From Candidatus Woesearchaeota archaeon (GTDB lineage: Archaea; Nanobdellota; Nanobdellia; Woesearchaeales; UBA12501), in NCBI GenBank assembly GCA_016177345.1, contig JACOVM010000077.1, forward strand, positions 1 to 44,242: a stretch of DNA of 44,242 nucleotides, in the 5' to 3' direction. Shown here piece by piece: positions 19,719-26,882 of this stretch. Below the pieces are notes generated by a model. It had not been told where the DNA came from. It was given only the letters and a program-made list of their open reading frames with translations, and did not search any database. The position numbers were made by a program, and so were the translations under genes. Numbering within the stretch: position 1 is the stretch's first letter; each line of letters begins with the position of its first letter.

Positions 19719-20231
19719 ATGATGAACCATAAAGCTCAAATAAAAATGGGAGAAACGCTTGGCGTGCTTATTGTATTTTTCCTTATCGTGGGAATATCGA
19801 TAGGATTCTATACCATGATCCAAAAAGACTCAATAAAAACAAGGGCGCGAGAGCAACTGGAAAAAGAAACCATTCGAATAGCGCTAAAAGCAGCGCATCT
19901 TCAGGAAATCACCTGTACCCAGGATAGGGATATTGAAGAAGTTAACTGTATTGATTGGTATAAAGCGACAAGCTTTAAACAAGTCATCGAGAGTGATCAG
20001 CAGGCATTCCTTTTTTACGAGGCAGACTTTCGAAGCAGCAAGATCACTCTTCAGCAAGTTTACCCCGTCGATCCTGCCCTTCCGCTCACGCTTGACCTTT
20101 ACTCCAATCCCCCTAAGCATGTTGCTAACAGAATCCAAACTGCTATTCCTGTTGTTATCCGAGACCCGACCATTGCTAATGCGCTTCAGCAGAAAAGCAT
20201 AGGCCTCCTCTTTGTTGAGGTGTATTCATGA
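19719..20231 (+). CDS. Pilin-signal protein (170 aa)
   Basis: N-terminus MMNHKAQIKMG/ETLGVLIVFFLIVGISIGFY. ATGA overlap with the next gene. Confidence 0.7.
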   Translation: MMNHKAQIKMGETLGVLIVFFLIVGISIGFYTMIQKDSIKTRAREQLEKETIRIALKAAHLQEITCTQDRDIEEVNCIDWYKATSFKQVIESDQQAFLFYEADFRSSKITLQQVYPVDPALPLTLDLYSNPPKHVANRIQTAIPVVIRDPTIANALQQKSIGLLFVEVYS

Positions 20232-20794
20232 TCCTAAAAAAAAAGATAAAAAAGAAGGAAAAGAGCAAGCTAAGAAAGAACAGAAAAGCGCAAATGGAGC
20301 TTATAGGAATAGCTCTTGTTGTTGTCTTAATCGTGTTTGGCTTCCTCTTTTTCCTTGGCAGCATGCTGAAGCCGGCAAAAAAAGAGCATGAGCAATTCGC
20401 AAAAGTTCAGCTCGCCAAAAACATGCTCAATGCGATAGTGAACACCAAAACGCAATGTAACAGCCTTGACTTTATGACGGTCTTAGAGGATTGCGCAACA
20501 AGGGAGCGTCTCGACTGTAGCGGCAGAACATCATGCGAGGTCATCCTTCAAGACTTGGGGGGAGTGAGTGGAGATGATGGAGTGTTGGACATGATGATTC
20601 TTTTTCCATCACTTGCAGACGGTTATCGTTGGCAAGTCCAACGTGGCAGTCCAGGAAGAACAACAGGAATTGTCCATGGATTATCCATAGAAAAGTATTG
20701 CGCACCAAATGCAGACATTGAGGCAGCACACCAGCCAATCCCGATTCAGGGAAACACGATCACGATTGTTATGGAACTATGCACGAACAGGTAA
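20228..20794 (+). CDS. Pilin-signal protein with lysine-rich pre-sequence (188 aa)
   Basis: MILKKKIKKKEKSKLRKNRKAQ/MELIGIALVVVLIVFGFLFFLG. The mature part has 5 Cys. Confidence 0.7.
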   Translation: MILKKKIKKKEKSKLRKNRKAQMELIGIALVVVLIVFGFLFFLGSMLKPAKKEHEQFAKVQLAKNMLNAIVNTKTQCNSLDFMTVLEDCATRERLDCSGRTSCEVILQDLGGVSGDDGVLDMMILFPSLADGYRWQVQRGSPGRTTGIVHGLSIEKYCAPNADIEAAHQPIPIQGNTITIVMELCTNR

Positions 20795-20815
20795 GATCAG
20801 GAACAGGTAAGATCA
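20785..20815. repeat. Tandem duplication gaacaggtaagatca x2 (1-nt spacer)
   Basis: Copies at 20785-20799 and 20801-20815. The first copy contains the TAA stop of 20228-20794. Confidence 0.95.
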
Positions 20816-20869
20816 AGTAATCACATCCCTTAATGTTATAACAAGTATATTAATCCCATAAATATCATA

Positions 20870-20894
20870 TATGGACGCTCACCTATGGACGCTC
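20870..20894. repeat. Direct repeat tatggacgctc x2 (3-nt spacer)
   Basis: Copies at 20870-20880 and 20884-20894, directly abutting the GGGACGG hairpin arm. Confidence 0.95.
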
Positions 20895-20979
20895 GGGACG
20901 GCATTGATTCACCACGAGTATACCCGTCCCGGCATCCACCTTTCTGGAGTAATGGGTTATTATACACAGTATACCTTGC

Positions 20980-20987
20980 TTTTTTTT
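20980..20987 (+). terminator. Oligo-T tract (8 T) after the 15209-20794 gene run
   Basis: A T8 run lies ~50 nt after hairpin GGGACGG(20895-20901)/CCGTCCC(20924-20930). Archaeal RNAP terminates at oligo-T. Confidence 0.35.
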
Positions 20988-21026
20988 AATCAACCTAATT
21001 AACCAACATAATAAAATAAGGACAAT

Positions 21027-21199
21027 CCCGCCACGACCTGCGGTCGGGCGGGAACGAGTGGCAGATGCGCAACCGCACTACTATTTTAATCCAGATCCTT
21101 TTTTCGTGCTCCACATCCCTTGAGGAGCACGAAAAAAGGACATGATGTCCTCTTCAATAGCGGTTGCGCCCATTCGTAGTCGTTCACGGCGTAGCCGTG
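21027..21199. other. Structured intergenic element (nested perfect helices); candidate ncRNA or cis-regulatory structure
   Basis: GC hairpin at 21027-21052. A 10-bp closing helix GCGCAACCGC 21067-21076 / GCGGTTGCGC 21160-21169 encloses a perfect 16-bp hairpin 21097-21112 / 21124-21139. Palindrome GGACATGATGTCC at 21138-21150 and hairpin at 21185-21199. Confidence 0.4.
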
Positions 21200-21296
21200 A
21201 TCATCATTGTAAAATGGTATAATTGACCTGACATTTGTAGATAAAACTGTTTTGTAGGGGCATACACTGCCATTGATCGTTTCTTCCACAGAAAAC

Positions 21297-21305
21297 TTTA
21301 TAAAA
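21297..21305 (+). promoter_or_regulatory. TATA box (TTTATAAAA) for the mini-pilin array
   Basis: Consensus TATA followed by GAGGTG (21328-21333) 6 nt before ATG 21340. Confidence 0.45.
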
Positions 21306-21339
21306 GAAAACGCTTGTACTGGGAAAAGAGGTGTTGTAT

Positions 21340-21606
21340 ATGTTCATTACCAAACAAAACAAAAAAGCCCAGGGAATGAGCTTAAACGTGGTTATTATCG
21401 CGGCACTTGCTCTTCTAGTCCTGGTAATCTTATCTATTATTCTTGTTGGAAGAATTGGAAAGACGCGGCAAGCTACTGAGGCATGTGTTAACCAAGGTGG
21501 AACATGCGTGGAGAGCGTATTTGCCTGTCAAGGATCGAACTCTCGCGTTGTTTCCGAGTATGCATGCCCAAATGAAGAACTGCCGGTCTGCTGTATCTCA
21601 GTATAG
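21340..21606 (+). CDS. Mini-pilin 1: class III signal + six-Cys head (88 aa)
   Basis: MFITKQNKKAQG/MSLNVVIIAALALLVLVILSIILVG, then C-x6-C-x6-C-x12-C-x7-CC. The SD element favours ATG 21340 over GTG 21331. Confidence 0.8.
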   Translation: MFITKQNKKAQGMSLNVVIIAALALLVLVILSIILVGRIGKTRQATEACVNQGGTCVESVFACQGSNSRVVSEYACPNEELPVCCISV

Positions 21607-21618
21607 CGAGGCATTGGG

Positions 21619-21897
21619 ATGAGGCGAATGAGGCAGCAAAAAGCCCAGGGCCAGTGGACGCATATTGTTGCTGCAGTCCTTGTCTTAGTTGTTATCGTTG
21701 TTGTTGTTCTTATTTTTACTGGAGTGCTAGGCAAGGCTCGAAAAGACATCAGCCAATGCAAAGGCCTCCTCCAATTTGGAGCGGAGGCACAAGGGAGCTG
21801 CGTTAGGGAGGGAAGCTGTCAGGGAACGATAGTATCTACCTTTGGAGAAAGCTGCCAGAAAGGAGAGGAATGTTGTATTCCCACCTCTAATGGATAA
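21619..21897 (+). CDS. Mini-pilin 2: class III signal + six-Cys head (92 aa)
   Basis: MRRMRQQKAQG/QWTHIVAAVLVLVVIVVVVLIFTG, then C-x13-C-x5-C-x11-C-x5-CC. Confidence 0.8.
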   Translation: MRRMRQQKAQGQWTHIVAAVLVLVVIVVVVLIFTGVLGKARKDISQCKGLLQFGAEAQGSCVREGSCQGTIVSTFGESCQKGEECCIPTSNG

Positions 21898-21942
21898 ATA
21901 TGATAAATGATAAACATAATAAATCATAGGGAGGATAAAATT

Positions 21943-22227
21943 ATGATCAAACAAACAAAAGCCCAGGGACTAAGTATGTCGACCATCGTTCTTGCTGTCC
22001 TCGCCCTTGTTGTTCTTGTTATCCTTATTCTCATCTTTACTGGAAAGCTCGGTAGGACTGGGCAGGGTATTGATACGACACGAGACCAGTACACTGGACA
22101 AAATTGTGAGATTCCTGGAACCCCGCGAACGTGCAGGATAGGGGGCTTGGATGAATGTAGAAGGCAAGGCGGAACGGTGTACAGCGGCGCGACCTGCCCG
22201 GCAGGAGGGGTGTGTTGCTCGGTATGA
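21943..22227 (+). CDS. Mini-pilin 3: class III signal + six-Cys head (94 aa)
   Basis: GGGAGG at 21929-21934, then ATG 21943. MIKQTKAQG/LSMSTIVLAVLALVVLVILILIFTG, then C-x8-C-x7-C-x12-C-x5-CC. Confidence 0.8.
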   Translation: MIKQTKAQGLSMSTIVLAVLALVVLVILILIFTGKLGRTGQGIDTTRDQYTGQNCEIPGTPRTCRIGGLDECRRQGGTVYSGATCPAGGVCCSV

Positions 22228-22529
22228 TCCCCCTGATATCTCAACGGAAGGCACGTAAAAAAGGCCAGGGATTAAGCCTCAACACGGTTGTTCTTGCAGC
22301 CTTAGCGCTTATTGTGCTCATCATTATCGTTCTCATTCTCACCGGAAAAATTAGGAAGACCAGTGAGGGTATTGATGATACGGGAAAGATTGCTGACGCG
22401 AGTAAGTGTGAGATTCCTGGGGCGCGAACCTGTGTGCTCTATAATGAGTGTGAGACAACAGAATTGTATAGCATGCCCGGATGCACTGCTGGAACGTATT
22501 GCTGTGAAGTTCCGAGGATTCAACGATGA
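22224..22529 (+). CDS. Mini-pilin 4: class III signal + six-Cys head (101 aa)
   Basis: ATGA overlap with mini-pilin 3. MIPLISQRKARKKGQG/LSLNTVVLAALALIVLIIIVLILTG, then C-x7-C-x5-C-x10-C-x5-CC. Confidence 0.75.
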   Translation: MIPLISQRKARKKGQGLSLNTVVLAALALIVLIIIVLILTGKIRKTSEGIDDTGKIADASKCEIPGARTCVLYNECETTELYSMPGCTAGTYCCEVPRIQR

Positions 22530-23596
22530 AAGGAAGGAAGGGAACGCTGACCTGGACCCAAATTGCAGCCGCAGCCTTAATGGTTCTTGTTGTCATCGCA
22601 GTAGCATACCTTCTGGGAACTTCTATTAAAACAGGGAAAAAAAGCATTGAGGGATGTGTCAATAATGGGGGAACATGCGTTGCCGAGGGAGAGGCATGCC
22701 CAGAAGACTACCACCAGACTGACGCGCTTCAATGCTTTGGAAAGAGAACCTGCTGCATGCCAAGCCTCCTTACCAGAGGGAGAGGCCAGGCTGGAAAAAA
22801 CCAGACAGCGCCACTCCAGCCAACTCCTGTTTCTGAACAAGAAAAGAAGATTGCGGATGCGGAGGCTCTTGTAGATGCAAGGCGCATTGATGATGCAGCC
22901 AATGTTCTCGAATCAGTGCGAGATGACGATACAGCATCAAGAGAAATACGGGTAAAAGCAGCATTTAAGCTTGCCATGCTTCCATTTCGGATTATAGAAA
23001 AAGATGTTATTTATATCGATGAACCAACAAAAATTGTAGATACCGTTCAGGTGTTCTGCGAGAATTTCGAAACAGTAAAAAGCCGCTATGATGATGTTGT
23101 GGATGAAGAACCACTCATTTCTGCCGAGCCAATACCGTTTGCATGGCAGCTCAGCTGCATTTTAGGGCGATTTAGAAGCCAGCCGCCATTACTGCCGGTG
23201 GAAATAGAGCTCCGCAACGCGTTTGCTGAAAAGAATTATTGCGGCATGTCATTAACCACTGATATAAGTTCAGAGTGCGAGGCAGCGTTTCCAGGCTGGT
23301 TTATCTCGGAAGATCATACCGCATGGTTTGAACGCTACCGAGAGGAAAAGGAGACTAATCTGCCAGGTATGGATTATACCATGCAATGTTATTATGGCCT
23401 AGCGCTTTTGAGAACTTACTCTGATCAGTTTTATCGACTTGTTGAGCTTCGCTATGATAAGGTTATCCCCTGCGATATGCTCACCATGATAGAAGAGCGA
23501 GGCCCTGACTTGCCTGAAAAGTATTGCAAGGAGCTCTTAGCGCTTGTTCAATCATCATTCCCGATTGATATGGAAGAATGCACTCCAAACGCCTAA
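22526..23596 (+). CDS. Mini-pilin 5 with the same six-Cys head plus ~260-aa C-terminal extension (356 aa)
   Basis: ATGA overlap with mini-pilin 4. MKGRKG/TLTWTQIAAAALMVLVVIAVAYLLG. The head GCVNNGGTCVAEGEAC..C..CC is near-identical in pattern to mini-pilin 1 (ACVNQGGTCVES). Confidence 0.8.
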   Translation: MKGRKGTLTWTQIAAAALMVLVVIAVAYLLGTSIKTGKKSIEGCVNNGGTCVAEGEACPEDYHQTDALQCFGKRTCCMPSLLTRGRGQAGKNQTAPLQPTPVSEQEKKIADAEALVDARRIDDAANVLESVRDDDTASREIRVKAAFKLAMLPFRIIEKDVIYIDEPTKIVDTVQVFCENFETVKSRYDDVVDEEPLISAEPIPFAWQLSCILGRFRSQPPLLPVEIELRNAFAEKNYCGMSLTTDISSECEAAFPGWFISEDHTAWFERYREEKETNLPGMDYTMQCYYGLALLRTYSDQFYRLVELRYDKVIPCDMLTMIEERGPDLPEKYCKELLALVQSSFPIDMEECTPNA

Positions 23597-23629
23597 TTAC
23601 CCGTCTTTAACTCTTTTTATTAATCCTTT

Positions 23630-24385
23630 TTATCCAGTACCGCAATAAATAACCTCACCATTTTTTACGACAACAAGAAATCCCTGTTTCGCTCGTGCCC
23701 ACCGCTCTCTTGTCAGCTTCGTCATGGAGACAACAAAGCATGGGCCATCCTCCGTATACCCCTGTTTCTTATATTGCTGTAATGTCCAATACCTGTTAAA
23801 TCCATGGATGTCATGATAAAAGAAGAGAAAGCTGCCATCAGAAAACAAGAGGTTCATCTTTCCATATCTTTTCTTGGCTGTTTCGAAATCCTTGTTTATC
23901 ACTCTCAATGTTTTTGCAAGCCATGCCATCGATTCCCTTGTCCATGCCTTAATCTTCTTTTTCTCAATCCAATAAAGTAGATGGCAGAAGATACGCTCTG
24001 AGTCAGTTTGGCCATAGGGGGTGAATCGCCCTATGGGAAGCTGAGAGGTATGATCGAGATGGCCATTATGGGCGAAGACATACTCTTTTCCAAAGAGGCT
24101 GCGATGGAATGGATGAGTATTCTCACAAACAATGCCACCAATACTTGCTCCGCGAAGGTGGGCGATAACCATGTTGGTTCTTGCTGTTGAATGGCTCTTT
24201 AGAAACCGCTCTGCTGTTGAACAGCCTGCCTTTCGTGGTGATTTTGTTACAACAGCTTTCTTTCCCCAGTACCAGGCAACACCCCACCCATCGGGGTTAT
24301 ACCTTCCTCTCTTAAAAAATAATCGCCAGAGGCGCTCGTCCAAAGGCAAAGGCTTGCTCGTTGAAATGCCAAGCATGTCACACAT
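23630..24385 (-). CDS. Class II (Ntn) glutamine amidotransferase-like protein, YafJ/EgtC family
   Basis: MCDMLGIS (Cys2 nucleophile), DGWGVAWY, AHLRGASIGGIVCENTHPF, FAHNGHL and GQTDSERIFCHLL all match the YafJ pattern. Confidence 0.85.
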   Translation of the reverse strand: MCDMLGISTSKPLPLDERLWRLFFKRGRYNPDGWGVAWYWGKKAVVTKSPRKAGCSTAERFLKSHSTARTNMVIAHLRGASIGGIVCENTHPFHRSLFGKEYVFAHNGHLDHTSQLPIGRFTPYGQTDSERIFCHLLYWIEKKKIKAWTRESMAWLAKTLRVINKDFETAKKRYGKMNLLFSDGSFLFFYHDIHGFNRYWTLQQYKKQGYTEDGPCFVVSMTKLTRERWARAKQGFLVVVKNGEVIYCGTG

Positions 24386-24504
24386 ACTAATAATTATGAG
24401 AAAGCCTCTTTATAATAGTTTGGGGTTATTAGTTAGGAGTTTGGAGAACGCACTGAACAAACATCATAACTCTTAACTCCTTGCCTAAACTTGCAGGGAC
24501 AATA

Positions 24505-24512
24505 TTTATAAA
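24505..24512 (+). promoter_or_regulatory. TATA box (TTTATAAA) for the second pilin-signal gene run
   Basis: Exact TTTATAAA lies 30 nt before ATG 24535, predicting a leaderless mRNA. Confidence 0.5.
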
Positions 24513-24534
24513 GCGTATTCTGCTCAACACTAAT

Positions 24535-24669
24535 ATGGCATGGCAAGCCAGACCTTGGCAAGAAAAAGGCGAGATGATCGACCGAACGATCGGCATTATT
24601 TTGGCAGTAGCGCTGATTATTACGTTTATGGCCGTGCTCATCTACGTTCTTAAGAGGGCCATAGGATGA
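24535..24669 (+). CDS. Minimal pilin-signal peptide (44 aa; essentially signal + helix only)
   Basis: MAWQARPWQEKG/EMIDRTIGIILAVALIITFMAVLIYVLKRAIG. The maximal ORF starts at TTG 24481, but the TATA spacing favours ATG 24535. ATGA overlap with the next gene. Confidence 0.55.
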   Translation: MAWQARPWQEKGEMIDRTIGIILAVALIITFMAVLIYVLKRAIG

Positions 24670-25442
24670 CAAGAATAATGATAAGAACAGCAGGAAAAGG
24701 GGAAGTAGAGCACCATTTGCTATATATCATCCTTGGCCTTGTTGGCTTTTTTCTTATCCTCACCTTTATTATGAGCACTTTATTTAGAATTCAAGAGCCT
24801 GCAGGAGATGAAACCTGCCGAGATGCACTCATTTTTACAGATTATGTTGCAACAAAGCTCAAGGCAGAAAGCCTGAAGCCATTTCCAAAAGCCTGCGAAT
24901 ATGAACAGGTTGAGCTGAAATCAAAAAATCCTATTGATGTTGAAAAAGATATGGTCAAGCTGATGGAGCGGTGCTGGTACAAGATGGGATCTGGAAAGAT
25001 TGAACCATTTGATAGATCCAAGGTATTTTTTGAAACCAACTGCTTTATCTGCTTTATAGCAAGCGTACCAAACATGGAAGGAAGTATTGATGACGATGCG
25101 TTTACCGCACATCTCCAAAGTATTTACCGGACTGAGGGGCAGCGGTATTTTGAATATTTTGGCCTTGACAAAAATCCAGGGGTTGCCTCATTTGGAATCC
25201 CCCTTGGCAAGGTGAACGATGTCAATGTGATTACAGAGCCGATCACAAACGAAAAGCAGTACGCGATTGTCTATATTGATGTTGCAACGCCAGAAGCACA
25301 GGCAAAGCCAGCAGAGCTTATTTCAGATAAAAAGCCAGTTCACGTGAGCAAGCTGTACATTGCTGAATTGAATGACGCTAAAGAGTGTTACGATCCATCA
25401 TGGTTTGTAACCGTTGGGGACACAAGAGCCAGAGGGGATTAG
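24666..25442 (+). CDS. Pilin-signal protein (258 aa)
   Basis: MTRIMIRTAGKG/EVEHHLLYIILGLVGFFLILTFIMS. No recognised domain. Confidence 0.7.
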   Translation: MTRIMIRTAGKGEVEHHLLYIILGLVGFFLILTFIMSTLFRIQEPAGDETCRDALIFTDYVATKLKAESLKPFPKACEYEQVELKSKNPIDVEKDMVKLMERCWYKMGSGKIEPFDRSKVFFETNCFICFIASVPNMEGSIDDDAFTAHLQSIYRTEGQRYFEYFGLDKNPGVASFGIPLGKVNDVNVITEPITNEKQYAIVYIDVATPEAQAKPAELISDKKPVHVSKLYIAELNDAKECYDPSWFVTVGDTRARGD

Positions 25443-25446
25443 GACT

Positions 25447-25662
25447 ATGATAAAAATAAAGAGGAAGCCATCAATACATTGGTACTTATCTAGGCGTTTA
25501 TGGAATTCAAGAAAGGCGCAAGATACTTCGCTCCCCATGAAGTACATTGTCGGATTAATCCTTCTCGCCATTGCCCTTATACTCTTCATCATGCTCTATG
25601 TTGGTTGGATTCCCTCACCTGATGATATCGTCAATAAGCTTGTTGGGATTATACGGAGATGA
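25447..25662 (+). CDS. Small pilin-signal protein (71 aa)
   Basis: MIKIKRKPSIHWYLSRRLWNSRKA/QDTSLPMKYIVGLILLAIALILFIML. ATG 25447 avoids the 29-nt overlap implied by the maximal ORF (25414). Confidence 0.55.
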   Translation: MIKIKRKPSIHWYLSRRLWNSRKAQDTSLPMKYIVGLILLAIALILFIMLYVGWIPSPDDIVNKLVGIIRR

Positions 25663-25683
25663 CAAAGATAATATGAGCGGAAT

Positions 25684-26409
25684 ATGGGCGGGATAGAAAC
25701 TATGGCAACGAATAAACAACCATCACGACTTCCATCTTCTTCATCAAGCCTCTTACAGGCCAAAAAGGGATCATTTGGGGCTATTGCAGGCCTGGTCATC
25801 TCAATTCTCGTCCTTATTGTCATGATTATCCTGTACGGCAGCCAATTTTTTGCTCCAATCGCAAAGCACACTGGCTTTTTGAAAGAGGAATTTGAGCATA
25901 AAGGCCCCATCATTACTGATTTTCCAGTTGAGGCGTACCATGACCTCATTCAGGAAACAGTGGGGGAGGACTTTGTTTTTGTTGTTGGATTCGATCTCGA
26001 GGTAGATGTTGGAAACTGGTTTAGCAATGAACAGTACACCGCAATAAAAAAGCATACCAGCTTGAGAAGCCTAGACACTGAAAATGAACAGCTTCAAATT
26101 ACCTCAATCAAGACAGACAAAGGGCTTACAAAGGTCCAGGCAATTGAAGAGCTTACCGGGATTGTGGTGCTATTCAAGAAGCAAGGCATGGCGAATTCAG
26201 TTATCGTGGGAATTGATGATGATCCAGAAATCGGAAAAGACCTCATCTTTTCAGTTCCAGAAACAACCCCTGAAGGAACAATAAAAATGGACATTAATGG
26301 CAATCCATTGTCAACACCGGTCGGAAAGCTCACCGTGAAGGCAATAGAAGGAACCGCAATCAACTACACTATTGTTCCATTTGTGGAAACCGGAGGAATC
26401 GTCACATGA
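25684..26409 (+). CDS. Pilin-signal protein (241 aa)
   Basis: ..SSSSSLLQAKKG/SFGAIAGLVISILVLIVMIILYG. ATGA overlap with the next gene. Confidence 0.7.
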   Translation: MGGIETMATNKQPSRLPSSSSSLLQAKKGSFGAIAGLVISILVLIVMIILYGSQFFAPIAKHTGFLKEEFEHKGPIITDFPVEAYHDLIQETVGEDFVFVVGFDLEVDVGNWFSNEQYTAIKKHTSLRSLDTENEQLQITSIKTDKGLTKVQAIEELTGIVVLFKKQGMANSVIVGIDDDPEIGKDLIFSVPETTPEGTIKMDINGNPLSTPVGKLTVKAIEGTAINYTIVPFVETGGIVT

Positions 26410-26807
26410 AGTACCATGGAGGGCTTGGCCATATAAAGAATAGTGCCTTAAAGAATAATGTCTTAAAGAATAGTGTCTTTGGAAAAGCAAGAAAAGGGGA
26501 GCTGGGCTTTAGCCAGATCGCCAGCCTTGCCATTGTTCTTTTGGTCATTATCGCTATTGCAGTTGCTATTATCCCCCAGATCTCCAAAAAAGGAAAGACC
26601 ATAGAAAACATCACTATCCTCACAACAGGAGACTTGGACGGGGATGGTGTTCCAAATGGGCTTGATCGGTGCTGCCCGGCGCAGTGTAAAGCAGACAGGT
26701 CTGAATTAGAAACACTTGCACCATCGGATAAACGATACGGCTGTGCCCCATGGCAGCAGTCAGTTGCGTGTGAGGATACGTTGACGAATTGTGGCACCGC
26801 TGCATAA
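26406..26807 (+). CDS. Pilin-signal protein with pentapeptide-repeat pre-sequence and TSP3-like Ca-binding motif (133 aa)
   Basis: KNSAL-KNNVL-KNSVF, then GKARKG/ELGFSQIASLAIVLLVIIAIAVAI, then GDLDGDGVPNGLDRCCPAQC. Confidence 0.7.
   Translation: MKYHGGLGHIKNSALKNNVLKNSVFGKARKGELGFSQIASLAIVLLVIIAIAVAIIPQISKKGKTIENITILTTGDLDGDGVPNGLDRCCPAQCKADRSELETLAPSDKRYGCAPWQQSVACEDTLTNCGTAA
26433..26477 (+). repeat. In-frame 15-bp tandem repeat x3 (ttaaagaata[g/a]tg[t/c]c)
   Basis: Units at 26433-26447, 26448-26462 and 26463-26477, encoding K-N-[SN]-[AV]-[LF] x3 ahead of the signal peptide. Confidence 0.9.
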
Positions 26808-26809
26808 TT

Positions 26810-26831
26810 ATGGTTTATCAATGGTTTATCA
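26810..26831. repeat. Exact tandem duplication atggtttatca x2
   Basis: Copies at 26810-26820 and 26821-26831, immediately after the stop codon of 26406-26807. Confidence 0.95.
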
Positions 26832-26847
26832 CTTCAGTAGTTCCTTT

Positions 26848-26869
26848 TGAATTGTAACTGAATTGTAAA
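26848..26869. repeat. Tandem duplication tgaattgtaa[c/a] x2
   Basis: Copies at 26848-26858 and 26859-26869, just upstream of SD GAGGGTGA and ATG 26883. Confidence 0.9.
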
Positions 26870-26882
26870 AGAGGGTGATGAA

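Noticed and set aside
21086-21289. A 67-aa minus-strand ORF in the large spacer.
   Set aside because: It runs straight through the nested perfect inverted repeats (21067-21169). It has no SD or TATA context and no recognisable motif, so the region is better explained as structured RNA/DNA.
21340-23596. True homology of the mini-pilin heads to defensins.
   Set aside because: Only the cysteine framework matches and there is no sequence similarity beyond Cys. It is reported as a pattern analogy that needs structural testing.
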